64,000 bases of DNA from Podarcis muralis (taxonomy: Eukaryota). The notes beneath the pieces were generated by a model. It ran no database searches, was not told the origin of the DNA, and saw nothing but the letters and a program-made list of their open reading frames with translations. Position 1 is the stretch's first letter. Each line of letters opens with the position of its first letter. The translations under genes and the position numbers were made by a program. The DNA is taken from the NCBI RefSeq assembly GCF_964188315.1, contig NC_135667.1:21142001-21206000 (forward strand), read 5' to 3'. Positions 41,702 to 50,780 of this stretch are shown here, one piece after another.

Positions 41702-44443
41702 ATGAGAGAGAAGATGGCCACAGAGGAGGGGGCCGAGGCAGACCTGGGGGCTGTGACCCAAGCGCCACTGAGCCTGCAAGGCATTAAAATGGAAGAGCAA
41801 TCACCAGCAACCCTCAGAATGGGACAAGCCCTAGAAAAAGCAGGACAGGCTTCTTGTGTCCTTCGTGCCAGGAAGCTCTTGCAATGGAAGGTGTCTCCAC
41901 TGGTCAAGGAGGAGCCAGATGCAGGAAGGATCCAGCACTGGGAGGTCCAAGGCCCAGAGACAGAACATCCCTTTTCTTTTGGATGGGGGAGAGCAAGGCC
42001 CACTGAGGCTGAACCTTGGGATGACATCCTGGCACTTTTTGCTTCCTTTGAGCACGTGGCCTACGCCTGCCGGTGGCCGAGGGAAGAGTTGGTGGCCCGG
42101 CTTTTGCCAGCCCTGGGCGGGGAGGCCCAAGAGGCTTACCTCAGTTTGGACACTAGCGACAGAAGGGACTATGGGAAAGTGAAGGCAGCCATCTTGAAGA
42201 GGGAACCCGTGGTGTCGGAGAAGCAGAGGAGGCACTTCCGGCAGTTCCAGTACCAGGAGTCAAGGGGACCGAGGGATGCTTGCCGGCGGCTCTGGGAGCT
42301 GTGCCGTCGTTGGCTGAGGCCGGAGAGCCGAAGCAAAGAGCAGATCCTGGAGCTGCTGATCCTGGAGCAATTCCTGACCATCTTGCCAGAGGAGGTCCAG
42401 AGCCAAGTTTGGGAGCAAGTCCCAGAAACCTGTGCCCAGGCGTTGAACCTGGCTGAGAATTTTTTGGCAAGGCAGCAGGAGGCTGAGAGGCAGGTACTCC
42501 AGGTGAGAGGATCCTGCAGTTCCTTCTTGATCCCTGGGGTCCCAAGTTGGTCTAACCATGCGGGAAGTTTTCCTTGGGTGCTTACGCGAGGGGAGACAAA
42601 GCACCTCTCTCCCCCTGATCACCATCTAATAAAATCCTTCTCATGTAAAATGTCTTCATAAAGGCAAAGATGGTCAAAGCTGCTTTATGAGCTGTGAAAA
42701 TCTGGTGCACGAAGGCTTGGAATAATATATTTAATTTGTATAGACTTTAGCTGTATGGAGAACGATGTAAGTGCCCAAAGTTAGAAGCAAAGAATGTCCA
42801 TGTCCAAAGACATAAAATCTAAACAGACAGGACACAAAAGGCAGGGAAGAGAATTAGGAGATCAGGAGTGGGGAACCTGCTGCCCCCCAGATGTTGATGG
42901 ACTCTGGCTCCCATCATCCCTGACTACTGGCCATGCCAGCTGGAGACCCCCAAAGAAAGAAGGCTCAGAGCGAGGGGACTGGTGGTGGGATTACGATGGG
43001 AGATCAGAGGGAGAAGAGGGACAGGCTTGGAGGAAGCAGTGTCAGAAGCTGAAGAGGTAACAGGGTTTAGTGAGCTGGGAGAATCTGTGGCAGAGAGAAG
43101 TCGAGAAGCAGAAGCAGGAGAGGAGGGAGGCAGATAAAGAAGTCAGGGGGTCTCCCCTCCTACTGTGACCAGCTCCCTTCCCTCTGGTATCCCAGGAGCA
43201 GAAGGGGTTATGAAGAGGGGGGAGCAGAGACAGGCGTGCCAGCAGAGTCTCAGGTTGCTTGGGAAGGACCCAGAGAGAAGGAGATTTTGGCATCTTCTGA
43301 GTAGGAGCAAAACCTACTCAGAAGAGTTGCTGTGCTCATTAGGACTGGCTTCCCTGAGTTTATAATTTGTATGATTTATTGCTGGCTGGCTTCCTGACAT
43401 TCTGTCATCAAATCATGCTGACTCGTGAGAGTCCCCAGTTCTGTCTCAAACCCAGTGAAGTCCTTTGCTCCCCCAAGCTGTTCCAGGGAGTTTGTGCCAG
43501 GATGTTGAATGCTCATTCCTACCAACCCTGTTCCTGCACTGACCTTCCCTGCAATTTCAGGTGTCAGGGCCATTTGAGGACACCCTCGTGGCAAGGGCAG
43601 TGCTGGCTCCGTCAGACACCAGGCAGAGCCTCTTCTGCAGGAAGGCCAAGCAGGCAGGTGGCGGAGGAGATGCCAGCTCTCTGGGTGAGTAGTTGCTGCA
43701 TTTTTGAAATTCAAGTTTACATAGGCGTTGCCATCTTCACGGGCGCAGAGCTTGTACTGTTGTTTTAACTGTTGAGTGTTGAGTTTAACTTGGAGTGTTG
43801 TTCTAAGTGTTAAGTCGCATGTGATTGGTGTGCCCCCCCCACAAAACCCAGAACTGCAGGTGATCAACTGGGTCACCCTACCCCTACATTTGCCTCCAGC
43901 TCTCCCCTTGAGCTCTCCCCAGTTCTGTAAAATTAGTGTGCAGCAACCCTGTTCACAGAATTTTTTTATGGGGCCATCCATACCAGCTGTTTCCGCCATG
44001 TCTTGGAAACAGCAGTACTATGTTCCAGTTCATGTGATGTCCCTTATTGGAGTTCCACTTCCTGGTTTTCAGGCCAGGGCTGATATCATTCCTTGCTCTC
44101 TTCAGCCAGTTTTGGCCAAACCACACTGCGTTTCTTTTCTGATGCAGGTTCTTCTGACACAGAGGCAACATGGGACTCCCTGGCCGACGAAGGGGGCCCT
44201 GGTGGATGTGGGAAGCGAGACCCTTCTGCAAGAGCAGGTGGGCAGGGTACTAGACTGCTGTTATATACAGGAGACATCCCAATCCTTACAGGGGAGGCTA
44301 ACAGCTTGAGAATTATGCAGCACAAAGTTTTACCTTTGTCATGAACTTGCTAGGCAGTCTTAGGCAAAAGCCACTCTCCGTTTCAGCTCCTATCCCCCAT
44401 GCTCAACACGGGCAAAATAATGTTGAGATTCCTGCATTGCAGC

Positions 44444-44478
<35 letters not shown>

Positions 44479-46124
44479 ACTTGATGACCCTTGGAACCCT
44501 TTCCAATTCTATGATTTTTACAGAGTTGCCATAAGAAAGCCAGTATGGTTAGTGTTGGATTAGGACCTGGGAGACCCAGGTTCAGATCCAGATGCAGCCA
44601 TAAAGCTTACAGGGTGACCTTGTGCCAGTCACACTCATTCTCTCTCCTCTATTCCCCTTTATAATAATAAATAAAAGACTGGGCTCAGGGCGGCTAACAC
44701 CAGATATAAAAACAATTGATTAAAATACAACTTAAAAACAAGATTAAAATACAACATTAAGATGCAGCCTCATTTCAGTAGAAACTCAAATCAAAAACCT
44801 TTTGGGGATGAAAACATCCCCAGGCTACAATTAAAAGGTAAAGGTAAAGGTACCCCCCACTGCCCATATGGGCCAGTCTTGCCAGACTCTAAGGTTGTGC
44901 GCTCATCTATAGGCCGGGAGCCAGCGCTGTCCGCAGACACTTCCGGGTCACGTGGCCAGCGTGACATCGCTGCTCTGGCTTGCCAGAGCCGCACACGGAA
45001 ACGCCGTTTACCTTCCCGCTGGTAAGCGGTCCCTATTTATCTACTTGCACCCGGGGGTGCTTTCAAACTGCTAGGTTGGCAGGCACTGGGACCGAACGAC
45101 GGGAGCGCACCCCGCCGTGGGGATTCGAACCGCCGACCATGCGATTGGCAAGTCCTAGGCGCTGAGGTTTTACCCACAGCGCCACCCGCATCCCTAGGCT
45201 ACAATTAGAGAGCTACAATTCCCTTCAAAGAGGGATTGACTATTAAACCACTCTGGGAATTGAGAGCATTGCGAAGGGAATAGAATGGTTTCCCAACAAC
45301 TCTTTGCACCCTGAATAAACTGCCCTTCCCATAATTATTTATGGAAAGGGATGACCATTTAAAAAGGAATCACTGTGCTTGAGATGTAGGGTGTGAATGT
45401 GGGAGGAAAAAAACGAGAATTAATTGACTTGGCCAGTCATTGGCCAGACGCTACTTGCTACTGGGCTCCCTACTTTCTGCCTTGCTGGTCCAAACGGGCA
45501 CCAGCTGTTCCTTACGTAAAACATTTCTTTTCTTTTTATTCATTAGTGCATTTACACCCCACGCAGGGTTGGCTGGCTGCAAATACTCGGCTGTATCGTT
45601 TAGAGCCTTCCTCCTGCCAGCTTCAGGCCTGCAGTCTTCTTTTCTCTCTGGCAGCTGGTAGCTGTGGAGCGGCGTCCGGATTCTCTCCCCTCCCTGCACC
45701 AACCAGAAATGAAGAGTATGGAGAGAGGCTTGTGGGAGCTGAGGGGCTCCCAGCACACCTGGGCGCCGCCAGCAGGGGCAGCGCGTACCTGTGTTCCCAG
45801 TGCGGGAAAGGGTTTTGTTGGCCGTCGGCGTTGGCCGTCCACCAGAAGACCCACATGGGGGAGAAGCGGCACCGCTGTGCCGAGTGCGGGAAGCGCTTTG
45901 GCCAGCGCAGCCATTTGACGGTGCACCGGAGGATCCACTCGGGAGAGAAGCCGTACGGGTGTCCTCAGTGCGGGAAGCAGTTTGTCGACTCCTCTCACCT
46001 CACCAAGCACCAGAGGACACACTTGGGGGAAAGGCCACCCCACTGCGCTGAGTGCGGGCGAAGGTGTGCCAATAAACGCTCGCTCGTGCAGCACCAGCGA
46101 ATTCACAGCAGGGAGAAGTCCTAG
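41702..46124 (+). CDS. SCAN-domain C2H2 zinc-finger protein with extended Gag-capsid-like SCAN, 4 coding exons, 4 fingers
   Basis: Exons 41702-42502, 43561-43684 (124 nt), 44148-44201 (54 nt; alternative donor after 44237), 45655-46124 (strong polypyrimidine acceptor). Phases 0/1/1 compatible. SCAN core [45 protein letters not shown]; four CxxC..HxxxH fingers. Confidence 0.88.
44447..44477. repeat. (GT)n microsatellite
   Basis: Direct reading. Confidence 0.95.
44834..45195 (-). mobile_element. Sauria SINE (Squam1-type)
   Basis: Reverse-complement body; TSD AGGCTACAATTA at 44822-44833 and 45196-45207. Confidence 0.93.
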
Positions 46125-47699
46125 GCCTGGGGATGAGCCTAGGCCCCTCTTGAGATTCAGGGACTGAGTTATATTGCTGTAAGGCGGAGATTTGGCCCTC
46201 CAGGTATCACTGGTCTGCAGCTGCCATCATCACTAGCCATGCTGGCTGTGACGGAGGACCAAAGGTTCAGTTCCTCATTCCTGGTGTAACTGAAGAGAAA
46301 GGAGCCCCTGTTTCCACCCTTTGTCCACCTGGGGGGAGAAAGCAACAATTCTCAGGGGTCTCTGGGGGTTTTCCTGTTGTTATTCTGTCTCTCACAGCTA
46401 CAATAAACCTACCATTAAAATTATGGACTGGTAATTTCTTCGTCAGAGGGCAAACGGGCAAATTTAGCAGGGGATCAAATACTTTCCCCCCTCTCACTGT
46501 ATATAGCAATGAGGAAGCATGCTTGGGTGAGCGGCTCCTGCAGGTCGGTAGTAGCAGCCAGCTGTGCCTAGCGCTCTGAATATCAAACAGAATTCTTCCC
46601 AGCCCTTGGAGCCCTTTTGGAATGTAAAAAAATATGTTTTCTTTTAAAATTAATGCATTGACAAATAAGTGGATAAGAAGGCGTTCATGTTTCAGCCTAC
46701 TTGAAGCATAAAGGGAATGACAGCTGAACCAGTGTTTGATTTGGCTGTATGTATATCATTCAGTTCTGAAGGTGGGCTGAAGAATTTGTTGTTATGTTAT
46801 ATCTGCCTTCACAACATGAAAGTGTTTGTGACTGGATTTTACCCCAGGTCAGAGAGGTGTCATTGAGGAGAGGAGGTGTGATCAGAATCCATATTTGTTT
46901 CTCTTAAAAACAGGCATGACCTCTAACAGAAGAGGTGATTGTAAATGAACTTAACGGAAGATAGTCAGGTCTACCAGACCAATGGGCCTGTACATTTATC
47001 TCTTCCCCCTCCCCATTACACATCTTTTAGAGTGGTCAAAAAAATTGAGTTCTTTTCCAGGGCCAACACTTGGGCAAAGTGATGTCAGGTGCCCCCCCCC
47101 AATCGATCAGTCCTGGTGGGCTATCCTGACTATGGCAAGGGCAAAAACAGCAGTGGTCTAGGCAGCTCGAGGCAGCCATTTTACGTGGGGCATTGTGGGT
47201 AATTAAAATGGCTGGTGCTGGGCTAGAAAAATAATGATGACAAGCAAGCATCAGCGATGGACTCCAAGGATGCTTGGTAGTTTACCAGCAGGAACTCACC
47301 GTTAAGACAGTGTTCATGGAAGACAATCTTACTTAGCTACGAGCGACTGCCAAAGAAGAAGATGAAGGCGAGGTCCCCCGCTTCAGCGCTGTAGACCATG
47401 GACAGGACTCTCCTGGGAGGTGGTAAACTCGCCTTTCTGGGAGGTATCTTTTTCTTAAAAAATAAATAAATAGATTTTATTAAAGGATTTACTTGGGTTA
47501 CAACAGTTCGTGCATTGTTTCTATTTTCAGTTGGTAGAGTCTTTTCTACAGATCAATTATTCTGGGAGGTTTTTAAGCAGAGAAGTTTTAGTTGAGATAC
47601 CTGCATTGCTGGGGGTTGGAGTAGATGACTCTGGGGGTCCCTTCCCACGCTACAATTCCATGATTCCCTGCCACCCCTGGATCAGCTCAGCCCAAGGAG

Positions 47700-47960
47700 A
47701 CTCCAGGAGAGCAGTGAGAGAGCTAAAAGCAGGATTGTTGCGGGGGGGGGGGGCATTGGGGATTCAAGGGGGCAGCATGAAGACGGCTCCTCTGCAGTGG
47801 GCGCTGGTTGCTTCTGTGGTCTAGAGGTACTTAGAGGTCAGCACCGGACAGCGATGAGGCCGTCTGCATGCTTTGGTTCAGCATCTGTGAGAGAGTGGTG
47901 GAAGCAAGGAGAGTTAGGCAGCAAAGCAGAAGCAGCAAAGGAGGGACGGAGGTGTGGGAA
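47700..47960 (-). pseudogene. Relic third copy of the globin-derived gene (intron 2 remnant, exon 3, 3' UTR)
   Basis: Acceptor ctctcacag then 47884-47821 ATGCTGAACCAA...GTG CTG ACC TCT AAG TAC CTC TAG (VLTSKYL*), out of frame with the acceptor; 3' flank ctccaggagagcagtgagagagctaaaagcagg matches 50042-50072; polyA signal mutated. Confidence 0.8.
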
Positions 47961-48400
47961 TGTTAAGGAAGGCAGGAGGGGATATATTGTTTTGATATCC
48001 CTTCTCACTCATGCTAGTGAATAAACAGCAGAGCACATTCCCTTTGCATCTGACTGGAAGTAAGTTGATGCTTCATTAGAATCCTTTAATTAAGCAATCC
48101 AGTCTGGCTTGGCCAGTCTGAATGGTTCTCGGTAACTTTCCCCTTTACTTCCCTCTTAATATAATAACGACACAACACAGTCTTCTTTAAAAGTAAGATT
48201 TATTTTTTAAACTCACATTCAGTTCACAGCAGTAATCTGAAGGCAGGCTTTATCTTGTGGTTACAGTGAAGAGAAGTCTGAGCTACATCTCAGACTTTCT
48301 GCTTGCGGGCTCCATCCTATGTGAAGGTTGAGTCATGTGCTGGCTAAGAGCCAGAAGAGCGAGAGTCTAAGACATGGATAGGCAAACTAAGCTTAATTTC
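47960..48400. mobile_element. LTR-like fragments truncating the relic globin copy
   Basis: TGTTAAGG...AATAAA...ACGACA segment followed by an opposite-strand segment with tttatt; family not identified. Confidence 0.4.
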
Positions 48401-48789
48401 CCTGTTGTTGTGCAAACCACAGGGGTGTGGGGCCTCCCCCCAAGCCTTGTGGCCCCTCCCACGTCTGTGTCGGCAGCGCTAGTTGGGCTCAGTAAGCAAC
48501 TACCCTCTTGGCTGAAGAGGTAGAAAAAACAATCTGGGCAGCTTGGCAGGTCCCAAGCCCAGACCAGGAGGCTCTTGCTTCAAGGCCCCTTCCCTCAGGC
48601 CATGAGCCCGCTGCTTGGAAGGGCCCATCATTGCAAGGATATCTGCAGCTCCTCCTAACTGACTGATATTCCAAGGACGAAATGAGAGTAGCAGCACTTC
48701 ACCTCTGGCGACTGAGCAACCTCTGATATCGTTCCTTGTTCTCTTCAGCCAGTTTTGGCCAAACCACACTGTGTTTCTTTTCTGATGCA

Positions 48790-48860
48790 GGTTCTTCTGA
48801 CACTGAGGGGACATGGGACTCCCTGGCGGATGTGGGAAGCGAGACCCTTCTGCAGGGGCA
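48790..48860 (+). pseudogene. Orphan copy of SCAN-ZNF micro-exon 3 with a 19-nt deletion (second copy at ~53251-53321)
   Basis: 48730-49060 matches 44080-44440 including acceptor tttcttttctgatgcag and GSSDTEGTWDSL; no SCAN or finger exons accompany it in the unit. Confidence 0.8.
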
Positions 48861-49305
48861 GGTGGGCAGGGTACTAGATTGCTCTGATCTACAAGAGACA
48901 TCCAAATCCTTACAGGGGAAGCTGACACCTTCAGAATTATGCAGCACAAAGGTTTTACTTTTGTCATGAACTTGCTAGGCAGTCTTAGGCAAGCCACTCT
49001 CCATTTCAGCTCCTTTCTCCCATGTTCAACATGAGCAAAATAATGTTCGCATTCCTGCATTGTGGAGGTTGGACTGGGTGCTCTTATTCAGTTTGTTAGC
49101 CTCTTTTGTCCACCATGTTGTCTCCATTGCAGCGGTTCTATGAGGTAGCAAGATGGCTGCCATTGCCACCTCCTATTTCCATAATAATTAATTTTTGTAC
49201 CTCTTCCAACTGACTGGGTTGTTCCAGCTACTCTGGGTGACTTACTAAAGAATTATTGGGCAGAGCCCATGACTGTTCGAGTGTTATAGTAGTGTTTTGA
49301 ATGTA

Positions 49306-49455
49306 CAGTCGTACCTTGGTTTTCAAACAGCTTATTCCTCAAATGTTTTGGTTCCCGAACATTGCAAATCTGGAAGTGAATGTTCCGGTTTCCAAACGTT
49401 TTGGAAGTTGAACGGATTCTGGAATGGATTCCATTCGACTTCCAAGATACGACTG
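49306..49455. mobile_element. Tigger-like MITE (duplicated at 53766-53915)
   Basis: TA-CAGTCGTACCTTGG...CCAAGATACGACTG termini. Confidence 0.85.
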
Positions 49456-49879
49456 TGTAGAGCCGGTGTGGTGAAGTTGGTGGTGTGTGGTTTGAAGACA
49501 TTTGGAAATAATAGAGAAAATGCAGCAAAAAAATAAGACTATCTCCTGGCCAGCCAGAAAATGGGAAGCCCCATTAAATTAATCAATATGAAATGTTTAA
49601 TTGGATTGTTTTTATTTTTTTTATTTTGGATATGACATGGCAAGATTTGAGATGTTATTAATGAAAAAATAATAAAAATTTATTTATTTATTTATTTATT
49701 TTAAAAGAGGCCAATGAGAATCCTTGTCTCCTCTTCTGGTGAGCCTCCAGCTTGGGTCCTGGGCATTGCCGGTTAAAGGGAAGCCCTTCTCAAGAAGCAA
49801 AACGGTGTTTCCTGCCATCTTGGGCCCCTCCAGGGCTGCAAGCTCCCCTGCTATAGAGAGATTCTCCCGTGGAAGGGGC

Positions 49880-49995
49880 ATTCCCAGGAGGTGGTGGACT
49901 CTCCTTCCTTGGAAGGTTTTAAGCAGAGGATGGATGGCCGTCTGCCAGGGACGATTGCGGGGGTTGGTCTAGATGACTCTTGAGTGTCCTTCCCA
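49880..49995 (+). mobile_element. CR1 3'-end fragment (also ~54340-54455 and, more degraded, ~47405-47665)
   Basis: ggactctccttccttggaaggttttaagcagagg...ctagatgac...cccaactcc is the CR1-type 3' terminus. Confidence 0.7.
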
Positions 49996-50072
49996 ACTCC
50001 ATTATTTGCCAGCACCCCCCACCCCGTTCAGCCTAAATAGACTCCGGGAGAGCAGTGAGAGCTAAAAGCAGG

Positions 50073-50078
50073 TTTATT
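50073..50078 (-). terminator. Polyadenylation signal AATAAA of globin-derived gene copy 1 (copy 2: 54533-54538)
   Basis: tttatt on the plus strand ~90 nt beyond the stop codon. Confidence 0.75.
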
Positions 50079-50165
50079 GAGGGCGGGGGGGGGGGGACGT
50101 GGTCGAGGCTGCCACGTCCAGGCGGCACTTCTGCGGAGGGCGCCGGCTCCTTCTCTGGCCTAGCG

Positions 50166-50699
50166 TTATATGGAGATCAGCCCGTTGAGGATGAGCATAG
50201 CCTGGCAGAAGATGTTCACTTCCTCCTGGGTGTCTTGGTTCGGCAGCTGTGGGAGAGGCGAAGGCGGGGGAGCGTTAGAGAGGACGGAGCGGCGCGAAGG
50301 GGCGAAGGAGGGACCCACGTCTGGAGCCCCCGCCCGACGGGGAGGGAGAGAGACTCACCCTGGAGTTGACGGGGTCCGCGAGCAGGTTCTGGGTGGGCAG
50401 GGCGCTAGGGTTGTCGAAGGCGCTGCCGAATGAGTTCACTATGATGCTGCAGATTATCTTGGAGCTGTACTCCCCCAAGGTGACGATTCTAGGGGAGGAG
50501 GGGGAGAAGAAGGTCAGCTTGCGGGAAACGAGAGTAAAGAGGAGAAGGGCCGGGCCATGGCATCGCCACCGGGAGAGGGTCCCTGCCCGACGGGGCGGGC
50601 TTACCTGGGCACAGTCCGGGCGCCGATGTCTGCGGAACGGGACGGGATCTCAGCCCAAACGGGCTGCACGTGGCTCTGGTTGACTCCGCTCAGCGCCAT
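50166..50699 (-). CDS. Alpha-globin-derived heme-less mini-protein, copy 1 (101 aa, 3 exons)
   Basis: Exons 50699-50605 (95 nt), 50488-50359 (130 nt), 50246-50166 (81 nt); GT-AG introns of 116 and 112 nt, phases 2 and 0 as in globins. MALSGVNQSHVQPVWAEIPSRSADIGARTVPR/IVTLGEYSSKIICSIIVNSFGSAFDNPSALPTQNLLADPVNSR/LPNQDTQEEVNIFCQAMLILNGLISI*. Confidence 0.8.
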
Positions 50700-50742
50700 C
50701 CTGCCAGCTCAACCTCTTGGTGCCGTCGGAGCAGCGGCAGCC

Positions 50743-50780
50743 CTTTTATCACCGCCCGCCCTGCCCCCCGGGTGGCGTCT
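50743..50780 (-). promoter_or_regulatory. Globin-like proximal promoter, copy 1
   Basis: Minus strand CACCC (50774-50770), GGGCGGGCGG (50761-50752), GATAAAAG (50750-50743), 44 nt upstream of ATG. Confidence 0.65.

Noticed and set aside
43376-43999. 207-aa minus-strand ORF
   Set aside because: Antisense to exon 2 and intron 2 of ZNF gene 2; no domain.
48500-49060. 186-aa minus-strand ORF duplicated at 52961-53521
   Set aside because: Antisense to the copied ZNF intron/exon fragment; its presence twice reflects the duplication only.
50400-50470. SSKIICSIIVNSF resembles histone H2B SSKAMGIMNSF
   Set aside because: Short chance similarity; exon sizes, phases, DPVN and the terminal YR fossil all point to globin, and the rest of the histone fold is absent.
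50366-50683. Plus-strand ORFs (also 54824-55141, 50557-50862, 50055-50369) over the duplicated GC-rich block
   Set aside because: They run antisense across the introns and exons of the globin-derived gene; the minus-strand model explains the splice sites, TATA and polyA signals.
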